A stretch of 64,000 nt of DNA. It comes from Naegleria gruberi. Taxonomy: Eukaryota. Below the pieces are notes generated by a model. It was not told the origin of the DNA and did no database searches. It saw only the letters and a program-made list of their open reading frames with translations. Positions 44,076 to 55,500 of the stretch are shown piece by piece. Position 1 is the stretch's first letter. The number at the start of each line of letters is the position of its first letter. The position numbers were made by a program, and so were the translations under genes. The stretch is from NCBI GenBank assembly GCA_000004985.1, contig GG738883.1; one strand, 5' to 3'.

Positions 44076-45089
44076 ATGTCTGAAGAAGAAATACAACAAA
44101 TATCATCATCGGAGGAAAATATTACAACAGATGAAGAAGAAAAATCCTTGGAAGAATTAGAACAACAACTTGCTCAATTTAATGAACAATTACAACAATG
44201 TATTTTACTTTCCGAACAAGAACCAGAATCAACTGAATATTCATCACTGATTGAAGATTTACAAAATGCCATCAATTTGACAACGGAATTAATTAATATT
44301 AAATTATCGGAACAACAACAGACTCATAGTAATACAATTGTGGAATCTGCAGTACCATTATATCAAGAGGGAGATTATTGTTATGGTCTTTATGAAGGTT
44401 TATGGTATGTGGCTGTTGTTACTAAAATCATAGATAACACCAAAAAGCTTGCCGAGTCAAGCATCAAGAAACCTTCTTTTGAATATTTAGTTAGATATGT
44501 TGGATATGGAAATTCTGAATTTATTTCAAAAGAAAGATATACCATTAAGGATTATTCACACCCTCCAACTGAATATTTACAATCAGGATCTAAATGTCTT
44601 GCTGTCAATGCCAATGATCCTGATGGACTCTATGAAGATGCCGTTGTTGATAAATTGACAGAAAAAGAAACGGTTTGGGTCACATTTAAGGAGAGAGGAA
44701 TCATGCAAGAAGTTCCATTAAGACTGATAAGACTTGCCTCTGATCATTTCTATGATCCAAAATTCAAACCAAAGAAATTCAAAAAACCAGAAACCACAAG
44801 CAATACTACCACTGTTGCTTCTACTGCTGCTGCAACAGCCATCACCCAAGAAAAGAAGGAGCAAGCTGAAATTATTGCCAAAAAGAAAAAGAAGCAAGAA
44901 AAGAGACAAGCCAAACAAAAGGAAGAGGAAAAAAACATTAATGAAAGAAAACAAAGTTGGCAATCCTTCAAGAATAAGAACTCTGGTAATTACAAGAATA
45001 CTGGAAAGACATTACAATCCTCAGAAAAGACCTTCACTCCCGCCCAAAAGAAAACCAAACATTCACACCCAACTAGTTCTCAACAATAA
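44076..45089 (+). CDS. tandem-Tudor-domain protein with an acidic coiled-coil N-terminus and a Lys-rich C-terminus
   Basis: Two Tudor-like cores are present ('YQEGDYCYGLYEGLWYVAVV', 'GSKCLAVNANDPDGLYEDAVV'). The ATG is at 44076. Confidence 0.5.
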   Translation: MSEEEIQQISSSEENITTDEEEKSLEELEQQLAQFNEQLQQCILLSEQEPESTEYSSLIEDLQNAINLTTELINIKLSEQQQTHSNTIVESAVPLYQEGDYCYGLYEGLWYVAVVTKIIDNTKKLAESSIKKPSFEYLVRYVGYGNSEFISKERYTIKDYSHPPTEYLQSGSKCLAVNANDPDGLYEDAVVDKLTEKETVWVTFKERGIMQEVPLRLIRLASDHFYDPKFKPKKFKKPETTSNTTTVASTAAATAITQEKKEQAEIIAKKKKKQEKRQAKQKEEEKNINERKQSWQSFKNKNSGNYKNTGKTLQSSEKTFTPAQKKTKHSHPTSSQQ

Positions 45090-45364
45090 ATTATTCATCA
45101 TCATCGCCTAAGAAGAAGTTTAAAACTGCATTAGAAAAATTGAAACTCTTCTCGTTAGCTAGCTCCCTAACTCATTCACACAACGATGTGATTGGAGAGT
45201 TGTGATTACTTGAAAAATTGAAGCGAAACGGTTTTGTAAGCATCTCCAAATCAGCAAAATATTTTAAAAATAAAAAATCAAATTTAAAAAAAAATCGAAC
45301 CAAGTGCTAGGCTGCCCTACATTTCTTCGAGAAAAATAAACTCCTAGATTTATACATCATCACC

Positions 45365-48109
45365 ATGCAAAACGAAGGTAAAGAACAACAAAAAGCCGGA
45401 GGTTTCTTCTCCTCACAAAACAAGAGAAGTGAAATCAACGAATGGAGATTGGGCTTGGGAAATGAAAAGGAATCCGTCAGAAAGGATACAGTCAAGAAGG
45501 TTATTGCTGCCATGACTGTCGGTAAAGACGTTTCCATGTTGTTCACTGATGTCATCAAGTGTGTTGCTACCAACAATATCGAACTTAAGAAGTTGGTCTA
45601 TCTTTATATTATGAATTATGCTAAGACTCAACCAGATTTGGCTATCATGGCTGTCAATCAATTCGAAAGAGACTCTAACCATCCAAATCCTTTGATCAGA
45701 GGTTTGGCTGTCAGAACTATGGGTTGTATCAGAGTTAACAAGATTGTCGAATATTTGGCTGAACCAATTAGAAAGACAATCAAGGATAAGGATCCATACG
45801 TCAGAAAGACAGCTGCTGTTGCCATTGCTAAATTGTTCGATATTAATGCTGAAATGGCTATTGAGCAAGGATTTGTTGAAGCTTTGGAAGAATTGTTGAC
45901 TGATGACAACCCTATGGTTGTTGCTAACGCTGTTAAAGCTTTGGATGAAATTTCATCAACATCAAGTGAAGTTATTCTTGATTTCACAGAAAAGACTGTC
46001 AAGACTCTCTTGGCTGCTTTGAACCAATGTACAGAATGGGGTCAAGTTTTTATTTTGGATGCTCTCTCAAATTATCAACCAAAATCTGATAAGGAAACTA
46101 CTGAAATTGCTGAAAGAGTTGCTCCACGTTTGCAACATGCCAACTCTGCTGTCGTCCTTTCTGCTGTCAGAGTTATTAACAAGATGATTGATTTGATTAG
46201 CAATGAAAATGAAAAGAATGAATTGATCCAAAAGATCTCTGCTCCTCTTGTCACATTGTTGAGTGGTAACCCAGAAATTCAATATGTTGCTTTGCGTAAT
46301 ATTGACTTGATTGTCCAAAGTAGACCAGGTATTCTTGCTAACAATATCAAGATGTTCTTCTGTAAATATAACGATCCTATTTATGTCAAGTTGGAAAAGT
46401 TGGATATTATGGTTAAATTGGCTTCTGAACGTAACGTTGATACTGTTTTGATGGAATTCAAGGAATATGCCACTGAAGTTGACGTTGAATTTGTCAGAAG
46501 AAGTGTCCGTGCTATTGGTAGATGTGCCATTAAGCTTGAAAGAGCTGCCCAAAGATGTGTTGATGTTTTGCTTGATTTGATTCAAACTAAGGTTAACTAT
46601 GTCGTCCAAGAAGCTATCATTGTCATTAAGGATATTTTCAGAAGATATCCAAACAAGTATGAAGGTATTATTGGTAAGCTCTGTGAAAACCTCGATACTT
46701 TGGATGAACCAGAAGCTAAGGCTTCTATGATTTGGATTATCGGTGAATATTCCAACAAGATTGAAAATGCTGACGAATTGTTGCAAATCTTTATTGATAC
46801 TTTCCACGATGAAACTTCTCTTGTTCAATTGCAAGCCCTTACTGCTGTCATGAAGCTCTTCTTGAGAAGACCAAACGACACTAGAGATTTGATCAAGAAG
46901 GTTCTCCATTTGTCTACTGAAGAATCTGATAACCCAGATTTGCGTGACAGAGGTTACATTTATTGGCGTTTGCTCAATGAAGACCCAGAAGCTGCTAAGG
47001 CTGTCGTCTTGTCTGAAAAGCCAGTCATTAGAGATGACTCTACCAACATTCCAAAGACCTTGTTGAACGAATTGGTCAAGCATATTGGTACTTTGTCATC
47101 AGTCTATCATAAGCCTCCAGAATTGTTCGTTGCTGGTTACAAGAAGAAGAAGAGTGAATCTGGTGAAGATAAGGAAGTTGAAGATTACCTCAGAGAACAA
47201 CAACACCAAGATGCTGCTGACAGAACTACCACCCAAGATATTCTTGGTTTGGATGACGTTTTGGGAATGGGTACTGGTGCTCCAGCTCAAGATTCTGGTG
47301 ATCTTGATTTGGATGATGTTTTGGGTGTTGGTTCATCTCAACCTCAATTACAATTCTCTGCATCAACATCTGCCAATGCCAACGTTACTTCTCTCGTTCG
47401 TCCAGCTCCACAAAAGAAGTTGTTGCTCACTGCTGATAAGAGCAAGGGTCTCCAAATTTATGGTGCCATCAATAGAAATGCCAGAGGTGGACTCGAATTC
47501 TTGGTCACTTTTGAAAATCTTTCACAACAACCAATCACTGGTTATGCTTGTAAATTCAACACAAACACTTTCGGTTTCGTCCCAGGACAAGTTCAAGCTA
47601 ATGGTATTATGCCTGGTCAAAAGACTGATGGTATTGTTCCAATCCTCCCTGGTAACAATGAATCTGATAAGGTTTCTCCACTTATCCAAGTTGCCATCAA
47701 GACTGATTTGGGTGTTGCTTACTTTGCTGATAGCATTCCATTCAGTGCCTTGTTCATTGAAAATGGTTCTTGTGATAGAGATACTTACCTCACTCTCTTC
47801 CAAAGCATTCCAGATGAAACTGAAAGCACTACTGATGCTCCAAACGCTTCTGCTGGTAATGCTAGCGCTCTCATTTCTAGATTGCAAGCTCACAACATTT
47901 TCTTCGTTGCTGACCATCAAGATGCTGGTTTGACCAACTATTACTTCTCTGCCAAATTCAACTATGGTACTGAAGAAGTTATTGCTCTCTTGGAAATTGT
48001 TGTTAGTGCCAACTCACCACAATGCAAGATTAATACCAGATGTGCTGAAACTCAATTCATCCCATTCATTGAACAAGATGTTGCCAGAATTGTTTCCCTC
48101 ACTTTCTAA
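45365..48109 (+). CDS. AP-1/AP-2 adaptor complex beta subunit (beta-adaptin), intronless
   Basis: 'VKKVIAAMTVGKDVSMLFTDVIKCVATNNIELKKLVYLYIMNYAKTQPDLAIMAVNQFERDSNHPNPLIRGLAVRTMGCIRV' is near-identical to the AP2B1/AP1B1 trunk as I recall it. The appendage and ear domains are present in the 914-aa product. Confidence 0.9.
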   Translation: MQNEGKEQQKAGGFFSSQNKRSEINEWRLGLGNEKESVRKDTVKKVIAAMTVGKDVSMLFTDVIKCVATNNIELKKLVYLYIMNYAKTQPDLAIMAVNQFERDSNHPNPLIRGLAVRTMGCIRVNKIVEYLAEPIRKTIKDKDPYVRKTAAVAIAKLFDINAEMAIEQGFVEALEELLTDDNPMVVANAVKALDEISSTSSEVILDFTEKTVKTLLAALNQCTEWGQVFILDALSNYQPKSDKETTEIAERVAPRLQHANSAVVLSAVRVINKMIDLISNENEKNELIQKISAPLVTLLSGNPEIQYVALRNIDLIVQSRPGILANNIKMFFCKYNDPIYVKLEKLDIMVKLASERNVDTVLMEFKEYATEVDVEFVRRSVRAIGRCAIKLERAAQRCVDVLLDLIQTKVNYVVQEAIIVIKDIFRRYPNKYEGIIGKLCENLDTLDEPEAKASMIWIIGEYSNKIENADELLQIFIDTFHDETSLVQLQALTAVMKLFLRRPNDTRDLIKKVLHLSTEESDNPDLRDRGYIYWRLLNEDPEAAKAVVLSEKPVIRDDSTNIPKTLLNELVKHIGTLSSVYHKPPELFVAGYKKKKSESGEDKEVEDYLREQQHQDAADRTTTQDILGLDDVLGMGTGAPAQDSGDLDLDDVLGVGSSQPQLQFSASTSANANVTSLVRPAPQKKLLLTADKSKGLQIYGAINRNARGGLEFLVTFENLSQQPITGYACKFNTNTFGFVPGQVQANGIMPGQKTDGIVPILPGNNESDKVSPLIQVAIKTDLGVAYFADSIPFSALFIENGSCDRDTYLTLFQSIPDETESTTDAPNASAGNASALISRLQAHNIFFVADHQDAGLTNYYFSAKFNYGTEEVIALLEIVVSANSPQCKINTRCAETQFIPFIEQDVARIVSLTF

Positions 48110-48283
48110 ATAAATTAAACATTTATTCTCTGAAAACAATTGCCTCAATACTATTCTTTTGTAAACTAAATTTCAATACGAGCAGTCTACTATTACAGTA
48201 CTGAATATTCAACGTATTTCCCTCCAATAGGCCACTTAAAGCGACAAGAAAAAAATCAACCCAACAGACATCCTTTTTTCATC

Positions 48284-50200
48284 ATGTCTTCGTCGATAAA
48301 CCATGATGAGAGCCAATCATTACTCTCCTCACCGCCTCCTCCCCAAACACAACAAGAAGATGATGACCAAGAATTCGACTTGCATCCAATAGAGAAGATT
48401 AAAAAACGTTCTTCCGGAACCATTTCTACAATCTTTTCCATCGTCAATACTATGGTTGTAAGTTTTTCATCATCCGAATTGTTCTTCAATACTAATTATC
48501 TATTTTCTAATTTCTTCTAATTTTCTAATGAATTAAAATTGATATCTATTTAAATAGGGTTCAACCATTCTATCACTTGCTTGGGGATTTACTCAAAGGT
48601 TTGTTTTCTTCTTTAATTTATTATTGAATATTTTATTGAATATATTTAATTATTATTATTATTCTAATTAATTGCAACAAATAGTGGTTTATACTTGGGT
48701 ATAATAGTATTTATTCTCGTCGGATTTATTAGTTATTACACTTGTAATTTGGTTGTTAAACATTCATTATTTAAAGTGAGATATGATGCCAGTAGTGAAG
48801 AAAGCAATACTAATACTGAATCAATTAATAGTGAAAGTCCAAATTATAATTCAATAGGAGGAGAATCAAAGACTCAATCATTCAAGATTGGAAAAGTTTC
48901 ATATACTAAAAAAACAAAGAGGCAAATCAAATCAATTTTTGATATTAAGGATTTTTCACAAGTTTGTGTTGAACATTTAGGAAAGTGGAGTGAAATTTTG
49001 TGTATTCTTACAAGTATTGTAATTTTGGTTGGAGCTTCAATTGCCTATCACATATTTATGAAAGATTGTCTTGTTAGTATTATTGATGGTATTGCAAATA
49101 TTGAATATGATCAATCAGTTATTTATCCATGGGAAAATAATGGTCCTCCATGGTATTGGAATGGAATTTTTGCATCATTGATTATTGTTGTGGTTTTATA
49201 TCCAATTACATTGTTTAAGAATTTGAATTTCCTTGTCAAGTTTAACTCATTTGGTATTTTCTTTGTGTTATTCTTGCTGGTTTTTATTATTTATGCATCA
49301 ATTGAAGCTTTGGTTTCACCTTTTGAAATGTCAGCTAATGTTGCAAGTGTGTCAAGTTTGACCATTTCAGCATTGGGATTATTTGGAAGTAATTCAGCTA
49401 CTCCTCCTGCTTCATCTTCACAGGATTCTTATAATATTGCTGATGATGTTATTAGAAAAGGAGACGAAGTTCTTGTCAATCACCTTAAATTATTCGATAT
49501 TCACTTTAGTCACCTTTTGGCAATTTTGTCTTTGAGTTTCTTTATTCACAACGTTATTGGACCAATTTTGAAAAACCAAAAGTCTTTGAAACATACCCAA
49601 AGAGATACAGGTGTAGCTTTCATTGTTGCTGGTATGATTTATGCTGTTCCTGGAATTTTGGGAGCTTTTGCGTATGTTTTTTTTAAATTTATTGGATTTT
49701 TATTGACCTATTATATCACAAGTTTCCGTTTTGCCTCAATTGATCAAAACTTTTTGAATCAATTCTCATCTAAGAGTATTTATGCTAATATTTCTCGTGG
49801 TGCAGTTTTGTTCCAATTAATGTCAATTTATCCTCTCTTGTTGAGTGTTATTAGAGTTCAATTTTTCAGTTTTGTGTACAGAAATAATCCAAACAAGGAG
49901 AAGCAACAATATCCTGGAATTATTCAAGTTGGCGCTTTGAACTTTTTTGTTTGTTTGATTACCACAGCAATGGCTGCTTTTTATCCAATGGTTGGTACTG
50001 TTTTGAGATTTACAGGTGCCATTTGTGGTTTAATTTACATGTACTTGTTACCTGTTTCAATTCACTTGGTTGTGCAATACAAGAAGAAGCAACTCACCAT
50101 TCTCTCAGTTCTATTCCATGTAGTATTGGTGCTATTTGGTTTATCAATTTTGGTATTACAATTTATTGATTTTGATCAATTCACACAGAAAGGCAATTAA
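48284..50200 (+). CDS. amino acid transporter of the Aa_trans family (SLC38/AVT-like), three exons
   Basis: Exons are 48284-48457, 48558-48598 and 48685-50200. Introns are 48458-48557 (GTAAGT...AATAG) and 48599-48684 (GTTTGT...AATAG). The spliced 'IFSIVNTMVGSTILSLAWGFTQSGLYLGIIVFILVG' is the canonical Aa_trans N-terminus, and about 11 TM segments follow. Confidence 0.75.
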
Positions 50201-50222
50201 ATAAAAATAATATTATATAATC

Positions 50223-53186
50223 TTATTCCATCTTTGTTGGTGGTGGCAATTCAGTTGACTCTCCCTTTTGACTAGTAGGTGAAGCAAATGTAGCAGCTGG
50301 TGGAGTTTGTTGCATTTTCATATTAGGAGAAGAGAATTGAGCAAGAAGAGGCTTTCCAAATGGAGAAGGAGTGAAAGGACCACCAACTCCAAGTTTTGGA
50401 GTGCTTGCAAAAGGAGTTGGAGTGCTTGGAATAGCTTCCTTCTTTTCCTTCTTTGCTTTTTCCAAAGCTTCTTGTTCTTGTTGAAGTAATAACAATGACT
50501 TGGATTCTGTTTGGAGAGCTTTCCATTCCTTTGCAAGTTGAGTTTCAATAGCTTGGAAAATCTTAGTGAGTTGAGTATCAGATAAGGTGACACTCTTGAG
50601 TTGTTGCAAGGTGGTTTGGCAAAAGTTCTTCAAAGACATAATACTTTCCTTATATTCATCAAAGCTATGGATACACTTCTTATTTTCATCATCAATATCT
50701 TCATTATCCTTCTTTTCCTTCATCAAGAAAACTTCTTTTGGAACTGTGAGTAAGATGGAACCTAACAAGTGACTAACATATGAAATGTCCTTAATACATG
50801 TACTAACACTGATTTGGAAAGATAAGCTCTCTTGTTTGGTGAAACAAATGTATGGAATAATAAAATGTTCAAAGAGAAGAGAGTATGTTTGAACAAGCTC
50901 TGCAAGTTGAGTAGTGAGGAACCACTTAATATTACCAGACAAGAGAACTGGAATGGCATATTGTTGAATATCCTTGATAACTCTACAGCAATCAGAAATA
51001 AAAGAGTCAACAAAGTTGAATTCACGTTGAATGACAGATTTGCCAAATAATGATAATTCAGTAGTTTCACCTTCAAGGAAGAGTGTTCTGAAAACAAAGT
51101 TCAACTTGTGAAGGTTTTGAGAGTAGTAATGAGCATCACTTGGAATTTCAATATTTCTAAACTTTTCAATATCGTCATCCTTCTTTCTTTCAGTGGCAAA
51201 CTTTCCAATACCTTCATTGTCATTTGGAGTTTCATATCCTGAAATATTTCTGTGCGAATTAAAGGCAGCAATCTTGGCATTTTGGTGGAATCTCAAAATG
51301 GAGAAGATGAGTAACTTTCTTTCAAGGGAGTGCTTCTTGAGTTGTTCTTGTAAAGCATCCATTTCAATTGTAATCTTTGAAGATGAGGAAGCATCAGTAC
51401 TGAACAAGAGTCTTTGAATGAATGGATAAAATTCAAAAGCCAAGAACTCTGGGAGAGGAGGCAATTGATAAGGAATCTTGATTTTAAGCATGGCTTGAGC
51501 CTTATCTCCAGCATAGTATAACCTAGTGAGAGTTTCAATATATTCAACAAAATCATGTACATTGTGTACCTCCTCGAGGAATGACAAGTAAGTTGGCAAA
51601 ATACCAGCAGTATTTACAGGGACAACTGGTGAATTGGATTCAGCAACATTGATAGGGGCTGTTGGAACAGGTGTAGGTACATGGGCTTCATCAGTCATTT
51701 GTTGATCTTGATCTGATGATTTAAAACTAATCTTGATGGTTGTTCCCTTAGTGTTGGTATTAACAAGAGTGGTACCTTCTTTTTGTGGCTTAACTTTGAC
51801 CTTTTTCTTTGCTGATGCATTGGATTCTTCAGGTTCAGTGGCCTTTCTCTTATTCTTTTGCTTCAACATTGGCATGGATAAGAGAACTTGTTCAACGGAC
51901 TCTACAGGCATATTAGGGTGTTGAGAATAAATTAATTCCAATAAATAGAAGATTTCTTGAAGGAGTGTGTTAGAAATGAATGGAGATCTACAAATGACAG
52001 CAATATCTCCCCAAGCTTCACTATCAGAAGGGATATTGTCGAAAAAGTGTCTCAATTCTTTCATTCTTCTAACATCGAAAAAGTCTTTCAAATTGATAGT
52101 GTCAGAACTATCAACTTGTTTGTTTTCACCTTGTTGATTAATTCCTTCGATGGTTTCTTCCTTCTTGACAACAGGCTTTGCCTTAGCTTTGGAGCCCTTC
52201 TTTGGTTTGGCTTTTTTGGTTGCTCCTGTTGAAGATCCCAAAGAACCACTAGAACTGGCATGTGAAAGGGAAGCTTGATTTCTGGTGCAAGTAATCTCAG
52301 TCTTGGCATCTTCTGAATGTTCAGAATAGACATAATTCAATAAATTGGCATGTACAGTTCTAATCCAAGCGTCCAACCACCAACAAAAGTAATGGCACAT
52401 ATCCATTTGGTGAAGTTGTTGAACTTGATTGTCGTGAAGAGCCATCAAAAGATCATATCTGAATGTACACAAATGTCTACTTCCTGTTGCAAGGAGTTGA
52501 CTTCTACAATAGCCTAGAACTCTATGATATAACTTAGGGTCTTTTCCTAAAATATTGATCATGCTTGTCAATGTTTGATTTTTCTCTCTCTTCTTCTTTG
52601 GATCAATTTTATAGGTTGAAAGGAGGTCAATCTTGTAAATTTGAGGAAGGTCATACTTCTTCAGAAGAGTTGAAATGTGTTTGATAAACAAGTTTTCATC
52701 ATTTACCCATACTTGTCTCTTCACTTCAATAGGGAGATTTTTAAAAATCTCATTATTACCTTGAAGTTGTTGTAAAAAGTTGACAGGAATTTCATCCATT
52801 CTCTTCAAAAGAGAGTATACAATCGGACGTAATTCCTCAAATCCAATATATGGGAAAATTTGTTCCAATAGTTCCTTTTCTTGAGTTAATTCACTTTCAT
52901 TTTCAATTTTATCAAGAAGAATTTTCTTCAAATGGTTCATCAAACCAAAAAATAAATTGTTTCTTTGTACATTCAATAGATCGGTTAACTCCAAAATAGG
53001 CGGAATGCTTGGAGACACTGCATTACTAGATAATGATGAAAACTGTTTTTGAAAAGTAGTAATGGCAACCTTTGGATCACCAGAACTCAGCTTGGTAAGA
53101 ATATATTCTTGCCCTTCGGCTCCTAACAGCGCTCTTGAGTGATCAGAATTTGGCGGTTGATAACCTCCTTCACCACTTCCACTCAT
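50223..53186 (-). CDS. NELFB: negative elongation factor B (NELF-B/COBRA1) homologue with a ~400-aa C-terminal extension
   Basis: 'IEVKRQVWVNDENLFIKHISTLLKKY' and 'LCTFRYDLLMALHDNQV...CHYFCWWLDAWIR' align with NELF-B 'VEVKRQIWQDNQALF...LLKQY' and 'YCTLRAELLMSLHDLDV...CHKFTWCLDACIR' as I recall them. The ATG is at 53186. Confidence 0.7.
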   Translation of the reverse strand: MSGSGEGGYQPPNSDHSRALLGAEGQEYILTKLSSGDPKVAITTFQKQFSSLSSNAVSPSIPPILELTDLLNVQRNNLFFGLMNHLKKILLDKIENESELTQEKELLEQIFPYIGFEELRPIVYSLLKRMDEIPVNFLQQLQGNNEIFKNLPIEVKRQVWVNDENLFIKHISTLLKKYDLPQIYKIDLLSTYKIDPKKKREKNQTLTSMINILGKDPKLYHRVLGYCRSQLLATGSRHLCTFRYDLLMALHDNQVQQLHQMDMCHYFCWWLDAWIRTVHANLLNYVYSEHSEDAKTEITCTRNQASLSHASSSGSLGSSTGATKKAKPKKGSKAKAKPVVKKEETIEGINQQGENKQVDSSDTINLKDFFDVRRMKELRHFFDNIPSDSEAWGDIAVICRSPFISNTLLQEIFYLLELIYSQHPNMPVESVEQVLLSMPMLKQKNKRKATEPEESNASAKKKVKVKPQKEGTTLVNTNTKGTTIKISFKSSDQDQQMTDEAHVPTPVPTAPINVAESNSPVVPVNTAGILPTYLSFLEEVHNVHDFVEYIETLTRLYYAGDKAQAMLKIKIPYQLPPLPEFLAFEFYPFIQRLLFSTDASSSSKITIEMDALQEQLKKHSLERKLLIFSILRFHQNAKIAAFNSHRNISGYETPNDNEGIGKFATERKKDDDIEKFRNIEIPSDAHYYSQNLHKLNFVFRTLFLEGETTELSLFGKSVIQREFNFVDSFISDCCRVIKDIQQYAIPVLLSGNIKWFLTTQLAELVQTYSLLFEHFIIPYICFTKQESLSFQISVSTCIKDISYVSHLLGSILLTVPKEVFLMKEKKDNEDIDDENKKCIHSFDEYKESIMSLKNFCQTTLQQLKSVTLSDTQLTKIFQAIETQLAKEWKALQTESKSLLLLQQEQEALEKAKKEKKEAIPSTPTPFASTPKLGVGGPFTPSPFGKPLLAQFSSPNMKMQQTPPAATFASPTSQKGESTELPPPTKME

Positions 53187-53411
53187 TTTTTTTGATTAAA
53201 AAATTCTTAAAAAAATATTAAAAAATCCAAACGGTTTTTTCATCACACCAGAAAATAATACAAAACATCACTATTAAGTAAGCCTTTGCAATTAATATCA
53301 ATGAGGTCTTAAAGCACAAAATAATAGAGTTACTCTTTTATCACCCTTTCCGAACGAAAGGAATTTTAATATTAATATGCACTAGAAATTAAACTCAAAG
53401 CAGATTTAATT

Positions 53412-54817
53412 TTACAAATTCTTATGGTAAAAAGTCACCAATAATTCCTTAAACTTATTCAGATTATTGAATTGGAATGCAATGTGATTATTACAAAAGT
53501 GTCGAGTTCTGGTGGATTCTTGAAAGCTCTCTGGGTATACAATGGTGCCCATATAGGATTGGACACTCTCTGGATTGTACTTATTCTTTGAGACTGATTC
53601 CATGGTTGCTTTGAGACAATCTTCTTGATTAGAGCTTGGAACTATCGAATCACCAACTGTTTGCAAGAAGAAAATTGTTCGATTATTGGAAAGGTTTACA
53701 TTTTTTAAGAGCTCAATTGGATCGTTGTGAAATGGGGGAAAACCAAAGTGAGAAACTTTGAGAGGTGAGACGCTCTTGATAGTTTCCAATCCAAGACTTG
53801 CAATAGGATCACTGGAGACCATTGCCTTAGCTCCAAACAAAAGTGTCTGATAGACGTTACAAGGAGGTGAATCAAGGAATGCAATTTTAATTCGATTCTC
53901 TTTGGCAAATGCAATTGCTGAAGTGGCAGCTCCCTACAATTATTTCAACAATTATTTAAATAGTCTAACAAATTTCACACTTACCATTGAGCTACCAAAG
54001 AGTCCAACATTATTAGTCTCATTGAGAAATGTAAATCTTTCCAATAAATAATCAAAAGCTCCTAAAACATCCAAATGTTCAAAATTTCCAAAGCTCACAA
54101 ACTTGATTGGCTCAAATAATGATGAATCACCATGATTTCTCAAATCAATTGATAATACATTATATCCTGCATGATATAAAATTCCAGCAGGTAATAAGCT
54201 ATCATATTTTAATCGACAAACTCTGTATCCATGAACAACAATTGCAAACTTAGAAGTTGAATTGATGATATCCTGTTTGTATAATGTTCCAACAATATTT
54301 GCAGTTCCTATTTCAATTATTCCAACATTCATTCGAACAATTTGAAATTAAACTTACCTAATCCTTGAACCCAATCCACAGGTCGACTCTTAAATTTTAC
54401 AATCTCAGTCTTTTCTGAATTAACATAGAAAGGAGCCAATTTCTCATACCATTGACTCTCTGGTTCAGTCAACGGAGGACAATCATATAACAGTGTGAAA
54501 TTTTGAGGAGAATTTTCTCTGAAATATTTACAATTCTCAGGCGCAATTTCAAAAGCAACATCAAATAAATAATTACCCAAACAGAACCATCCAACCACAA
54601 ACAAAGCACCAAAGAATAATAATCCAGTAATGCACAAAATGGAAAGTGTTGAGATGGCCACAATAATTTTACGTTTTCTGGTGGATGTTGTTGATGATTG
54701 TTGATGATAGTAGGTCTCCAATGTTGCAGGATCATCATGAGTGTGGTCATCCTCTAACTTATCAAAGGATGAATATGAATGATGATGAGGTCGAGTAACA
54801 AGTGAGCTTCCTGACAT
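53412..54817 (-). CDS. membrane-anchored alpha/beta-hydrolase (ABHD/Hydrolase_4-like serine hydrolase), three exons
   Basis: Exons on the minus strand are 54817-54358, 54307-53985 and 53933-53412. Introns are 54357-54308 (GTAAGT...AATAG) and 53984-53934 (GTAAGT...TTGTAG). The N-terminus has a TM segment. 'AIVVHGYRV...IDLRNHGDS' is followed by the spliced nucleophile elbow 'GLFGSSMGAATS' (GxSxG). Confidence 0.7.
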
Positions 54818-54863
54818 TTTTTATTTGATGTGACATTTCCAGTATTCGTTCGTCCGGATAACA

Positions 54864-55040
54864 CAATGAGAGCATTTTATCTCTAAACACAAATAAAAAA
54901 TTAATTACACAAATTTTTTGTGAATATTTGTGCTGAATTGTGTTAAAATATTTTCACAAATTTGTGTTTGAGTTTGTGAAGACAGGCCATTTTATCTTGC
55001 ACAAATACATATTTTTATTAAAATTATTCCAACTAATGTC
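54864..55040. repeat. left arm of a long imperfect inverted repeat (foldback)
   Basis: 'TGAGAGCATTTTATCTCTAAACACAAATAAAAAATTAATTACACA...CAGGCCATTTTATCTTGCACAAATA' is mirrored, as its reverse complement, at 55501-55660. Confidence 0.75.
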
Positions 55041-55500
55041 TATCTCAATAGAAGGTATAAGTTGAAATCAGAAAGAATTTCTACAATATGTTGATTCGAA
55101 TGTAATGTATCCTAATTTAATTAGTGATGATGGAGTTGGTTCTGGTGGTGCGGAATCAATGAAAGCATGCTCCAAAAACAAACTGTTTTGTTCCAAATAT
55201 TTAATTATTCCATCTGTTACTGCTTTCCCTCTTTATTTCACTTGAATCTTGGGTTGTTGGTGGTGTTGGTGTTGGTTTATCTGATGAAGGTGTTCTTCTT
55301 ACATTTTTTAATATTTAATTAATAAAAAATGTATTAAACTTCTCCTTCATCAAACGGGAGAAGAAATCAGCAACCATTAGAACCCGATTCATGTCCAATT
55401 CTTGCAACAACAATATTGATATCGGATCACATATTTCAAGATCAACGACGAATGAACTTTTACTACTAGATTCAAAGAAAACAACCTAAGATTCAAGACC

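Noticed and set aside
46067-47933. Long antisense or alternative-frame ORFs inside the beta-adaptin gene (46067-47083 minus, 338 aa; 47085-47933 plus, 282 aa)
   Set aside because: These are shadow ORFs of a highly conserved intronless coding region. Their translations are low-complexity nonsense, for example runs of L, F and I.
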